Of a DNA stretch of 64,000 nucleotides, positions 1-9,621 are shown in pieces. The position numbers were made by a program, and so were the translations under genes. Where the stretch lies: positions 7,552,001 through 7,616,000 of the forward strand of contig CBDCXR010000004.1 in the NCBI GenBank assembly GCA_965223845.1, given 5' to 3'. The notes beneath the pieces are model-generated. The model saw only the letters and a program-made list of their open reading frames with translations, had not been told where the DNA came from and did not search any database. Every line of letters begins with the position of its first letter. The stretch's first letter is position 1. The DNA is from Planctomycetota bacterium (GTDB taxonomy: Bacteria; Planctomycetota; UBA8108; SXIK01).

Positions 1-300
1 GATCCGACTCGTCGGCGGCCGATTCGCTCGCGGACGCGGCATCTGGGGCGGACGCCGCCGCCCAGAGACTGAGTCGGAGGTCATCGGTGATCAGGCTCGG
101 CGTCACGTCCCCGGCGCTCAACGGACCGACGGCTCCGCAGCACGCGACGAGGACCAGGCGCGCGGCGGAAGTGGTGTGGATCTTGTGCCACGGAAGACGA
201 CGGAGCGGGACGCGATCGGACATTCGGGCCTCCGGTTGGAGTAGCGAGCGGTGCCGTTGGACTGTATCTGCCCTGCCAGCTTGCCCCAGCGGGGTCGAAG

Positions 301-326
301 TCCGCTGTGACTGAAGTCACAGCGGA
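301..326. promoter_or_regulatory. Perfect 12-bp inverted repeat (operator-like site or hairpin)
   Basis: tccgctgtgact-ga-agtcacagcgga, about 160 bp upstream of the SurA/PpiD-like gene. Confidence 0.4.
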
Positions 327-484
327 GTGCGTCCTCGGGCGGACTCCTGGGGGTACCGGCCAGGAACCGAACCCGGTAGAATCGACCGTTCGCGTGCGCG
401 TCCGCGCGACGAGCCGGTCCCGGCGCCGTCTCGGCTGCCGATGCCGCGGTGCACGCGCGGATTTCCGATCTCGGAGCGAACAGG

Positions 485-2500
485 ATGACCAAGAAGAAAT
501 CAGGATCGAAGAACCCTCAGCCGCAGCCGCAGCGAGAGCTCACTCTGAGCGAGAAGTGGACCCTGTGGCGTAAGAGAAACGAAAAGGTGCTCTGGGTAGT
601 CCTTCTCGTTCTGATCGCGCCGCTCATGGCGTTCACGGTCCCCGTCGACCTGTTGAGTCGCAGCGATCCGTCCGTCGCCACGGTCTACGGCGAACCGGTC
701 CTCAGCTCGGCTGTCCAGACGATCGACCGGCGCTTGAGTGCGGTTTCCCGCGTCGCGCCCGGTGCGTTCGCCGGCACGGCACAGCTGATCGGTGGGGGGA
801 GGCGTCAGGATCCGTACGCGTACTACATCTTTCTCGAGACGGCCGAGCGACAGGGAATCCGCGTTTCCGACGAGGAGCTGAAGGAACGGATTCGCGAGAT
901 TTGGCGCGCCGGCGAAGCGGCTCGCTTCGCCGCCGAATCGGCTGGCGGCAACCAGAGCGAGTGGTTCGGCAAGTACTCGCAGCGGCTGCAGGAATTGAAC
1001 GAGCAGGACGTCTTCGACGCGGCCGATTGGAAGGAAACGGTGCGGCAAACCCGACTTCCTCTCCACGTCCTTGAGGGCACACTGCGCGATCTCTACAAGC
1101 TCGCGAAGCTTCAAGCGTACGTCGCTGGCACGGTGAAGGTCTCCGCGAAGGAAGCTTACGAGGAATTTCTCAAGGGCGAAGAGAAGCGCCAGATTAGCTG
1201 GGCGGCGTTCAAGACTCCGGATGCCCTCCGAGAAAAAGTCGCGACCGAGATCGTGGACGAAGATCTGAAGGCTCACTTCGAGGCGAACGAGTACGAGTTC
1301 TACCAGCCCGCGGCGGTCCGGCCGTCGTACCTACTCGTCCCGAAGGATCACTTTCGCGCCGAGGCGGAGAAGGACTTGGCGCGGCCCGAGCTCGAAGAGT
1401 TCTACACCGAGAATCGCAATGAATACCGAAAGCCGGTGATCTTGAGCGATGAAGGCGGGTTCGCGCTGCGCACGCGCGAAGAGCAGGCCGCGCTCGACGC
1501 CAAGATCTATCAACCTCTTTCCGAGGTGGAGGAAGAGGTGACGGAAAAGTTCCTCGACGACAAGGCCGCAGAGCTTCTCACCGCGTTCACGCGGCAGCTG
1601 CGCGGCCGATTGTTCCCGCCGGCGGCCGGGGAGAAGAAACCTGCGACCCCCGAAGAGCTCGTAAAGGAGTTCCCGTTCCTCCAGACCGGGGTCACGGGGT
1701 ACGCGACGCAAGCGGACGCCGAGGAAGTGCTGGGCGAGCTCTACACCTCGCAGGTCGAGCAGTGGTTTCGCGATCTCGCTCCGAAGCCGGGCGAAGCGCC
1801 GAAAACGGAGATCTCTCCTCGGCGATGGAGTGAGTCGGTCGACGGCGGCGAGCTCTTCTACACCTCGGTCGAGCTGCGAACTGCCCGACAGCCGCGGTTC
1901 GACGAAGTGACGGAGGAGGTCAGAGAGTCTCTCGTCGACGAAAGAGCGCGAACCGCCGTCGTCGACGCTCTCCGAGAGGCGACGGCCGACCTCGCCGGGG
2001 ATGCCGCAAAGCAAAAGGTCGACGCGATCATCGCGGACGGAATCGAGGTGGCGGTCGGTGAGGCGAAGTTCTCGGTCAAGGCGACCGGCGGCTTCGTTCC
2101 GGCGACGGAGAAGATCGGTAAGTTCGGTCTGGTTCGGTTCGAGAATCCGGAATCCACCGACTCGAGCAGCTCCGGCGTTGACGGAGCTCCCGCGGGCGAG
2201 CGCCATCCGGCGTCGACGACGATTCGGACCGCCGGATTCGAGCCGAGCGAGATCGGCGGCTTTGGAGTGGGAGCCGACGACAACGAGGACGAGTGCTACC
2301 TCGTTCGCTTCGACGAGAGGGAGGCCCCGGAGCCGAAGGACTTCGAGCGAGACGAACCGCGCTACCGGAATCAGCTTCGACGCGAGCGCGAGACGAATTA
2401 CTTCACCGAGTGGAAACGCGATACGATCCGCCGCGCCGATCCTTCGACGGAGGACGCCCTGGAGCCGGTCGACGGTGTGACCACGACCGCCGCCGGGTAG
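485..2500 (+). CDS. SurA N-terminal domain / PpiD-like periplasmic folding chaperone
   Basis: N-terminal TM anchor (VLWVVLLVLIAPLMAF), 'VATVYGEPV', 'AERQGIRVSDEEL' and 'VKVSAKEAYEEF' are typical of the PpiD/SurA_N fold; start taken at ATG 485. Confidence 0.65.
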   Translation: MTKKKSGSKNPQPQPQRELTLSEKWTLWRKRNEKVLWVVLLVLIAPLMAFTVPVDLLSRSDPSVATVYGEPVLSSAVQTIDRRLSAVSRVAPGAFAGTAQLIGGGRRQDPYAYYIFLETAERQGIRVSDEELKERIREIWRAGEAARFAAESAGGNQSEWFGKYSQRLQELNEQDVFDAADWKETVRQTRLPLHVLEGTLRDLYKLAKLQAYVAGTVKVSAKEAYEEFLKGEEKRQISWAAFKTPDALREKVATEIVDEDLKAHFEANEYEFYQPAAVRPSYLLVPKDHFRAEAEKDLARPELEEFYTENRNEYRKPVILSDEGGFALRTREEQAALDAKIYQPLSEVEEEVTEKFLDDKAAELLTAFTRQLRGRLFPPAAGEKKPATPEELVKEFPFLQTGVTGYATQADAEEVLGELYTSQVEQWFRDLAPKPGEAPKTEISPRRWSESVDGGELFYTSVELRTARQPRFDEVTEEVRESLVDERARTAVVDALREATADLAGDAAKQKVDAIIADGIEVAVGEAKFSVKATGGFVPATEKIGKFGLVRFENPESTDSSSSGVDGAPAGERHPASTTIRTAGFEPSEIGGFGVGADDNEDECYLVRFDEREAPEPKDFERDEPRYRNQLRRERETNYFTEWKRDTIRRADPSTEDALEPVDGVTTTAAG

Positions 2501-2567
2501 GCGCAGCGTTCTCAGTGCCGGCGCGGGAGGCTAGCCCCGGAACGAGCGGAACGCGGTCGATCTGGGA

Positions 2568-3701
2568 CTAGCTCCACCGCGAGAGAATCGCTTCGATCGC
2601 GCGCTCGATGTCGTCCGCACACCTGCGGTACGTCGACAAATCGCCGCCGACCGGATCGCTGATCCCATCCTCGCTGATGAGATGGAACCGTTCGCCCAGG
2701 TGCGGCGCCATCTGGTGGAGCACGTAGAGGTTCGAGGCGCTGAGCGCGTAGACGCGGTCGACGCTCTCGAGTAACTCGGGCGTCACTTGCCGGGTGCGAT
2801 GGCCGTCGAGATGAAGACGCTCGCCGCGGAGCTCGCCGCGTTCGGCGACCACCGTCGCCGAATGCTCGCTCGCGCGGCCGCCGGGGAACGCGAAGGTTCC
2901 CGCGGACGAGATCTCGTACCCGAGCTCGGCGAGCTCGTCCGCGCTCTTCTCGAGCTTGAGCGCGAGGTGCTTGCGATAGAGAGCCTCCGCCATCGGGCTC
3001 CGGCAGGTGTTGCCGGTGCAAGCGAAGAGGATGCGCCGCCCTTCGATGAGCTGGTGGACGTTCTCCCGCGTGATGATCCCTTCGCGAAGAATGTGAAATC
3101 CGCTCGCGTCGACTTTGACGACGGTCGAGGCCTGCTTGAGGAGGACCTCGCCGGCGTCGACGAGAGCATCGAGGCGATCTCCGAAGTACACTTCGACCTC
3201 GTCGGCGGTCGTTGCCGGAGGTTCTCCGGCGGGATTCGCACTCGGGACGAAGAGCGGCCCGCCGGCGCGCTCGATGAGGCGGCGCGCGATCGCATCGGCG
3301 GGAACGCGGATCCCGACGGTCCGCCCGGGTTCGGCATCGGTCGGCGCGTCGAGGACCAGCGTGAGCGGACCCGGCCAGTATCGGTCGGCCAAGGCTCGGG
3401 CGGCTGGCGGAACTTCGCCGACGAGATCTCCGAGTTGATCCGGGTGCGCCAGGTGAAAGCTGAACGGCTTGTCGCTCGGGCGCTCCTTCAGCGTCTCGAG
3501 TCGCTCGACCGCCTCGCGCAGATCGGCCCGAGCGCCGATCCCGTAAACCGTCTCCGTGGGGAACGCGACGACGCCGCCGCCCTCGAGGCACGCACCGGCT
3601 TCCTCGACCGCTCGCTCCGCCTCGGTCGTCAGCTCGTCGCGAGCTTGGCTGTCGTTCCCTGTCGAGGACGGGGCTCTGGGGGCGGACAAGCGGCGCGCCA
3701 T
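2568..3701 (-). CDS. tsaC: L-threonylcarbamoyladenylate synthase (TsaC/Sua5) fused to a low-molecular-weight phosphatase (YwlE-type)
   Basis: N-terminal 'VVAFPTETVYG', 'KERPSDKP', 'WPGPLT', 'SANPAG'; C-terminal 'CTGNTCRSPMAE' and 'DPVGG'; start uncertain. Confidence 0.88.
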   Translation of the reverse strand: MARRLSAPRAPSSTGNDSQARDELTTEAERAVEEAGACLEGGGVVAFPTETVYGIGARADLREAVERLETLKERPSDKPFSFHLAHPDQLGDLVGEVPPAARALADRYWPGPLTLVLDAPTDAEPGRTVGIRVPADAIARRLIERAGGPLFVPSANPAGEPPATTADEVEVYFGDRLDALVDAGEVLLKQASTVVKVDASGFHILREGIITRENVHQLIEGRRILFACTGNTCRSPMAEALYRKHLALKLEKSADELAELGYEISSAGTFAFPGGRASEHSATVVAERGELRGERLHLDGHRTRQVTPELLESVDRVYALSASNLYVLHQMAPHLGERFHLISEDGISDPVGGDLSTYRRCADDIERAIEAILSRWS

Positions 3702-4046
3702 TCGCACTCCGGTGCGGCGTCGGCCGCGTTGGGTCGAGCTCGAGAACGCCGCGGTCGAGGTCGCGCCTCTCCGGCGCTGGCGCGGCGAGCGGGTCGGTCC
3801 TCGCCGCTCGGAGAATCCGTCTAGCGAGCGGGAGAATCGTTGGCGTTCAGAGGAGTCGATCGTCGATCAAGCAAGTACGGGAAGGAGAGAGAATACCACT
3901 CGATCGGATGCGCTTCAACGCAAGGATGCTGCGGGGTACCGGCTGTCGACCGGATCGAGTATCCTCGCCCGGTCGCGCGCCTCGGGCGGGCGCACGCCGC
4001 GCCCCGGCGCCGCCACTGCTTCCCACTTCAGCCAGGATCTCGGACC

Positions 4047-4970
4047 ATGTCGCTACTCGTTGTCGGCTCGGTTGCGTACGACACGATCAAAACTCCGCAC
4101 GGTGAAGTGCGCGACGCGCTCGGCGGTTCCGCCGTCTACTTCTCGCTCGCCGCGCGCCACTTCCTTCCGGTGCGACTCGTCGGAGTCGTCGGCGACGACT
4201 TCGCCCGCCGCGACCACGCCTACCTCGCCGATCGCGATGTCGATCTCGCGGGGCTCGAGGTCATCTCAGGCGGACGGACCTTTCGGTGGGAAGGCGAGTA
4301 CTCGCCGGACATGAACGACCGGGAGACGCTGTCGGTCGAGCTCAATGTGTTCGAGGACTTCGCGCCGAAGATCCCGGCGGAGTTCCGCGATTCCCGCTAC
4401 GTGTTTCTCGCGAACGGATCGCCGGTCACTCAGCTGAGCGTGCTCGATCAGATCGAACGTCCTGCCTTCGTGATGGCCGATACGATGGATCTCTGGATCC
4501 AGACGCAGCAGCGCGATCTCCGCCAGCTCCTCGAGCGGGTCGACGGGCTGCTCCTCAACGACTCGGAAGCGCACCTTCTGACCGACAAGCCGAACATCCT
4601 CGAAGCCGGCAGGGCGATCCTCGCGATGGGACCGCGGCGCGTCGTCGTCAAGAAGGGCGAGCACGGCGCGATCCTGTTCGCGGACGACCAGATCGTTCCT
4701 CTTCCCGCCTACCCCGTACTCGGCGTCCGCGACCCGACGGGCGCGGGCGACAGCTTCGCGGGCGCGCTGATGGGACACCTCGCGCGCAGCGACGACGTCG
4801 CCGAAGACTCATTCAAACGGTCGCTCGCCCACGGGACGGTCGTCGCGTCGGTGACCGTCGAGGACTTCGGGATTCACCGCCTCGGAACGGTGGAACCGAA
4901 CGAGATCGGGGAGCGGTACGAGCAGTTCCGCCGCTTCCTCCGCATCGAAGAAACAAATCCCGCTGCCTGA
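4047..4970 (+). CDS. PfkB/ribokinase-family carbohydrate kinase
   Basis: 'GGSAVY', 'VVKKGEHGA' and the PfkB signature 'DPTGAGDSFAG'; start at ATG 4047 (MSLLVVGSV). Confidence 0.88.
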   Translation: MSLLVVGSVAYDTIKTPHGEVRDALGGSAVYFSLAARHFLPVRLVGVVGDDFARRDHAYLADRDVDLAGLEVISGGRTFRWEGEYSPDMNDRETLSVELNVFEDFAPKIPAEFRDSRYVFLANGSPVTQLSVLDQIERPAFVMADTMDLWIQTQQRDLRQLLERVDGLLLNDSEAHLLTDKPNILEAGRAILAMGPRRVVVKKGEHGAILFADDQIVPLPAYPVLGVRDPTGAGDSFAGALMGHLARSDDVAEDSFKRSLAHGTVVASVTVEDFGIHRLGTVEPNEIGERYEQFRRFLRIEETNPAA

Positions 4971-5038
4971 GCTGAGTTGGCCCGGAGACTGAGAGAGCCG
5001 CCGCGAACCGGTCGCGACCGAGGCGGCGGTACGGAGCG

Positions 5039-7621
5039 ATGAACGCCCAAGAGATTCGTACGACGTTCCTCGAGTTTTTCACCGAGAACGACCACCGCTT
5101 GGTGTCGTCGAGTCCCGTCGTGCCTCAGGACGACCCGACGCTCCTCTTCGCGAACGCCGGGATGAACCAGTTCAAGGGGATCTTCACCGGCGAGGTGAAG
5201 CCCGAGTTTCCCCGCGCGACCACGGTGCAGAAGTGCATCCGCGCGGGCGGGAAGCACAACGATCTCGACAACGTCGGGTACACCTCGCGGCATCTGACGT
5301 TCTTCGAGATGCTCGGGAACTTCTCCTTCGGCGATTACTTCAAGGAAGACGCGATTCGTCTCGCGTGGAAGCTCGTCGTCGAGACCTTCGAACTGCCCAC
5401 CGACCGCTTGATCGCGACGGTGTTTCACGAGGACGAGGAGGCGCGTGAGCTCTGGCAGAAGATCTCCGGCCTTCCGCGCGACCGCATCGTCGGACTCGGA
5501 GAGAAGGACAACTACTGGAGCATGGGGGACGTCGGACCCTGCGGGCCGTGCTCGGAGATTCTCTTCGACCGCGGTGACGACTTCGGCGAGGCCGACCTCG
5601 AAAACGGCGAACGCTTCTTCGAGATCTGGAATCTCGTGTTCATGCAGTTCGAGCAGACGGCGGGCGGCGACAAGATTCCCCTGCCGCGTCCCAGCATCGA
5701 CACCGGCATGGGTCTCGAGCGGATCGCCATGGTTCTGCAGGACGCGCGCTCGGTGTTCGAGATCGATCTTCTCCGCCGCATCATCGCGCGAGTCGAGGAG
5801 CTGACCGGAGCCGCGTTCGGAGACGGTGAGGCGGGAGTTCCTCACCGGGTCCTCGCCGATCACATCCGCACCTTGGTGTTCGCCCTCGCCGACGGCGCCC
5901 ATCCGTCGAATGAAGGCCGCGGTTACGTGCTCCGGCGCATTCTCCGGCGCGCGGCTCGCTACGCTCGAAAGATTCACGACGGTGGGCCGATCCTCCACGA
6001 TCTCGTCGGTGTCGTCCTCGACGAGATGGGCGATGCCTATCCGGAGATTCGCCGACAAGAAGAGTTCGTCGTTCAGATGATTCGAAGCGAGGAGGAGCGC
6101 TTCGGGCAGACGCTCGACCACGGCATCGAGCTCTTCGACGAAACCGTCGCGCAGCTCGAGGCGAGTGGCGGCAAGGTGATCTCCGGCGCGGACGTGTTCC
6201 GGCTCTACGACACTTTCGGGTTTCCCGTCGACCTCGTCGAGGTGATGGCCGACGAGAAGGGACTGTCGGTCGATCTCGCCGAATTCGAACGCCGCATGGC
6301 CGCGCAGAAGGAACAATCCCAGGGGTCCTCGAAGTTCTCCGCACGCAGCGAGGCGCGCTCGCTCGACCTCGCGGCTTTCGCGGAAACCGAGTTCTGCGGT
6401 TACGACGAGACCGCGACGGAGGCCGAAGTGCTCGGCTGCTCCGGTGACGCGGACGCGCTGAGCGTCGTACTTTCCCGCACTCCGTTCTACGGCGAATCCG
6501 GCGGCCAGGTCGGCGATGCCGGGAGAATCCGCGCGGGGGACTTCGAGCTCGAGGTCCTCGACACGAAGAAGGAGCGCGGACGCTTCATTCACGAGTGTCG
6601 CCTCGCGAGCGGGGACCTCGCGGCGCTCCAGGCGGGATCCGCCGTCGAGGCGGAGGTGGATTCGGAGCGGAGGGCGTCGATCGCGCGCAACCACTCCGCG
6701 ACTCATCTGCTCCACGCCGCGCTCCGCGAGGTCGCCGGGACGCACGTGCGGCAGAAGGGATCGCTCGTCGGTCCGTCGCGCCTCCGTTTCGATGTGACGC
6801 ACTTCGCGGCGTTCACCGCCGAGGAAACGAGCGCCGCCGAAGAGCTCGTCCGCGAGCAGATTCTAGCGGACACGCCGGTCGAGATCTTCGAGACGGACTA
6901 CGACGACGCCGTCGCCCGCGGCGCGATCGCGCTCTTCGGCGAGAAGTACGGGGATCGCGTGCGCGTCGTTCGGATGGGTGACTTCTCGATGGAGCTCTGC
7001 GGCGGAACCCACGTGGCGAGCACTGGGCAGATCGGGCCATTCGTCGTCATCGGGGAGGCCTCGGTCTCGTCGGGAGTGCGGCGACTCGAAGCGCTCACGG
7101 CCGAAGGCACCGAAGCGTATCACCGCGGTCACTACGAGACGCTTCTCCAGCTCGCCCGTCTACTCAAGGTCGCGCCGGATGCGGTGACGGCGCGCGTCGA
7201 GCGTCTCCTCAGCGAACAACGAGAGCTCCGCGACAAGCTGAAGCGGCAGGCGGCGAGCTCGTCGGGCGCCGCCGTCAATCGGGACCGAGTCGGCGACGCG
7301 CTCGTCGTGAGCGGGATCCTCGACGACGCGGGCGGAAAGGAGCTCCGCGAACGCTACGACGCGTTCAAGGGCGAATCCGAGCGCGTGGTCGCCGTCCTCA
7401 TCGGCACGGCGGGAGGGAAGCTCGGAGTTCTCGTCGGAGTCAGTCGAGCCCTCGTCGACGCGGGCGTCGACGCCCGGAAGATCTTCGGCTCCATGAGCGA
7501 GGCGCTCGGCGCTCGCGGCGGCGGTCGGCCGGAGCTCGTTCAGGCCGGCGGGTCGCTCGATGGCGCTAAGCTCGAACCGGCACTGGAAGCGGCGCGCGCC
7601 GCCGTCGCCGGCGCTCTCTAG
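5039..7621 (+). CDS. alaS: Alanine--tRNA ligase
   Basis: 'DPTLLFANAGMNQFK', 'HLTFFEMLGNFSFGDYFK', editing motifs 'HSATHLLH' and 'ELCGGTHV', C-terminal 'GGGRPELVQAGG'. Confidence 0.98.
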   Translation: MNAQEIRTTFLEFFTENDHRLVSSSPVVPQDDPTLLFANAGMNQFKGIFTGEVKPEFPRATTVQKCIRAGGKHNDLDNVGYTSRHLTFFEMLGNFSFGDYFKEDAIRLAWKLVVETFELPTDRLIATVFHEDEEARELWQKISGLPRDRIVGLGEKDNYWSMGDVGPCGPCSEILFDRGDDFGEADLENGERFFEIWNLVFMQFEQTAGGDKIPLPRPSIDTGMGLERIAMVLQDARSVFEIDLLRRIIARVEELTGAAFGDGEAGVPHRVLADHIRTLVFALADGAHPSNEGRGYVLRRILRRAARYARKIHDGGPILHDLVGVVLDEMGDAYPEIRRQEEFVVQMIRSEEERFGQTLDHGIELFDETVAQLEASGGKVISGADVFRLYDTFGFPVDLVEVMADEKGLSVDLAEFERRMAAQKEQSQGSSKFSARSEARSLDLAAFAETEFCGYDETATEAEVLGCSGDADALSVVLSRTPFYGESGGQVGDAGRIRAGDFELEVLDTKKERGRFIHECRLASGDLAALQAGSAVEAEVDSERRASIARNHSATHLLHAALREVAGTHVRQKGSLVGPSRLRFDVTHFAAFTAEETSAAEELVREQILADTPVEIFETDYDDAVARGAIALFGEKYGDRVRVVRMGDFSMELCGGTHVASTGQIGPFVVIGEASVSSGVRRLEALTAEGTEAYHRGHYETLLQLARLLKVAPDAVTARVERLLSEQRELRDKLKRQAASSSGAAVNRDRVGDALVVSGILDDAGGKELRERYDAFKGESERVVAVLIGTAGGKLGVLVGVSRALVDAGVDARKIFGSMSEALGARGGGRPELVQAGGSLDGAKLEPALEAARAAVAGAL

Positions 7622-7787
7622 GCTGCCGGCGTCGCCCCGCCCGAACCGAGAGTTTCGCCGATCGGGCCCGGCTTGGTGGCGCCGCTCGATCTCCTCCTCG
7701 CCGACGGGCTCGCCGTCGCCGGAGAGAATTCTCCGGAATTGTTGCAACCTAAGTCTCTGGTTGAGGTTAGCGTGTAGTCATTCGGTT

Positions 7788-7816
7788 TTGACAGCGAGTC
7801 GACACGTACGTAAAAT
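7788..7816 (+). promoter_or_regulatory. Sigma70-type promoter for the rpmF-plsX-fab operon
   Basis: TTGACA(7788-7793)-N17-TAAAAT(7811-7816). Confidence 0.7.
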
Positions 7817-7991
7817 GTCGCGATTACGTTCCGTGACCTCCGAGGTCCGGTGGCCGCGACGAGCGGAGTCGCGCTGCCCCGCGGGGGCCGTTCTTCGTCT
7901 GGCGGCTCCGACCCGGTCGGGATCGGCGTGCGGTGCGACCGACGGACGATGTTTGGCGAGCTCTCGCTCGTCTGATCGCCTCGCCGGCAGT

Positions 7992-8036
7992 TCTCGATCG
8001 AGTTGGTCTCGATCGAGTTGGTCTCGATCGAATTGG
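7992..8036. repeat. 15-bp tandem repeat x3 with palindromic core
   Basis: (tctcgatcgagttgg)x2 + tctcgatcgaattgg; core ctcgatcgag is a palindrome. Confidence 0.85.
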
Positions 8037-8259
8037 CGCCGGCGGTAACTCGGATCGGGCTCCCGCGCGAGATCGCGGTCGATCGCCGAAACACGCCGCC
8101 CCGCGCCGGAGCTCGTCGCGACCCGGTGGTCGCCGCGAGTCGCCCGGATCGATCGACCGAGTGTTCGTAGAGCGACGCGGAGCACGAACGAAGACCGGCG
8201 CGGAACGATACTCCGGTCCGATCACCGAAGTCTACGCAGCGAGCCCGAGAGAGGGAATC

Positions 8260-8445
8260 ATGGCCGTCCCCAAAAGAAAAACGTCGAAGTCCCGCAAGAA
8301 CATGAGGCGGTCGCACCACGCGCTTCAGCCGGCGAACCTGTCGAAGTGCTCGCGCTGTGGCTCGGTCAAGGAGCGTCACACGATTTGCTCCGAATGCGGC
8401 TATTACCGCGGCAAGCCCGTGATCGCCATCGAAGAGGGCTTCTGA
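8260..8445 (+). CDS. rpmF: 50S ribosomal protein L32 (zinc-binding type)
   Basis: MAVPKRKTSKSRKNMRRSH...CSRC...CSECGYYRG; purine-rich RBS (gaggga) upstream. Confidence 0.97.
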   Translation: MAVPKRKTSKSRKNMRRSHHALQPANLSKCSRCGSVKERHTICSECGYYRGKPVIAIEEGF

Positions 8446-8448
8446 TCC

Positions 8449-9540
8449 TTGCGCTACCGAATCGCTATCGACGCGATGGGCGGCGATCGCGCTCCGGACG
8501 AGATCGTCGCTGGTGCGGCGGACGCAGCGCGCGCCGACGCGGAGCTGGAGCTGGTTCTCGTCGGGCAGGAGGATCGTGTCCGCGCCGCGCTGGCTGAGGT
8601 CGGCTGGGACGGCGACAATCTCGAGGTTCAGCACGCGTCCGAGACGATCTCGATGTCGGAGTCGCCGGTCGAGGCCCTCCGCTCGAAGCGCGACTCGTCG
8701 ATCACGCGAGCGATGGCTCTCGTCAAATCGGGCGAGGCGAGCGCGTTTCTGAGCGCGGGGAACACGGGCGTCTGCGTCGCTGCGGCCACGATGCAGCTGA
8801 AGCGGCTGGAAGGCGTCAGCCGGGCGGGGATCGCGGTCGTCCTCCCGGCGGGCGATCAGCCCGTCGTGGTGATCGACGCGGGCGCGAACGTCAGCCCGAA
8901 GCCGATCCACCTGATGCACTACGGCATCATGGCGAGCCTCTACGCCAAGAGCGTGCTCGGAGTCGACGCGCCACGCGTCGGGCTCCTCAACGTCGGCGAA
9001 GAAGACGCCAAGGGCCACGACCTCGCCAAGGAAGCGCACGGACAGTTTTCGGCGAGTGATCTCAATTTCATCGGCAACGTCGAGGGAAGGGAGGTCTTTC
9101 GCGGCACGTGCGACGTCGTCGTCTGCGACGGTTTCGTCGGGAACGTCGTTCTCAAGGTGTCCGAGGGGCTCGCGGAGAGGCTGCTCCAAGTCTTCAAGCA
9201 CGCACTGACGGATTCCGTCGAGCAGTTCTTCCGGCATCCGGACGTCGCTGGCGGCTTGGCCGAGCTACCGGCGGGAAGCGATGGCATTCAGTCGACCGCG
9301 CGGTCAGTTCTCGGCGAGCAGTTCGCGGGCCTCAAGCGGCGGTTCCACTACTCAGAGTACGGCGGAGCGCCCCTCCTCGGAGTGAACGGAGTCGTCACGA
9401 TCGCGCACGGACGCTCGGACGCGCGCGCGATTACGAACGCGGTCAAAGCCGCGAAGCGCACGATCGCCGCCGACTTCAATCAGAAGCTCACCGAGTCGCT
9501 CACGCGACAATCTCTCTCGGGAGCGACGGAGAATCGTTAG
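8449..9540 (+). CDS. plsX: Phosphate acyltransferase PlsX
   Basis: 'IAIDAMGGDRAP', 'SAGNTG', 'FIGNVEG', 'VCDGFVGNV', 'YGGAPLLGVNG', 'HGRS'. Confidence 0.97.
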   Translation: MRYRIAIDAMGGDRAPDEIVAGAADAARADAELELVLVGQEDRVRAALAEVGWDGDNLEVQHASETISMSESPVEALRSKRDSSITRAMALVKSGEASAFLSAGNTGVCVAAATMQLKRLEGVSRAGIAVVLPAGDQPVVVIDAGANVSPKPIHLMHYGIMASLYAKSVLGVDAPRVGLLNVGEEDAKGHDLAKEAHGQFSASDLNFIGNVEGREVFRGTCDVVVCDGFVGNVVLKVSEGLAERLLQVFKHALTDSVEQFFRHPDVAGGLAELPAGSDGIQSTARSVLGEQFAGLKRRFHYSEYGGAPLLGVNGVVTIAHGRSDARAITNAVKAAKRTIAADFNQKLTESLTRQSLSGATENR

Positions 9541-9621
9541 CCTCGATTCTCTGCGGACCGACTCGTTCCGCCGTATCATCCCAGATCGAGCAGCGCTCCG
9601 AGCCACGAAGGACGACGACTC

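Noticed and set aside
1-84. Start of a minus-strand gene running off the window (MTSDSVSG...)
   Set aside because: Too short to support and has no recognisable motif.
4874-6802. Long antisense and alternate-frame ORFs (this one, also 20490..22754, 13101..14606 and 52961..55249)
   Set aside because: These are shadows of real genes caused by high GC and codon bias; they contain no recognisable motifs.
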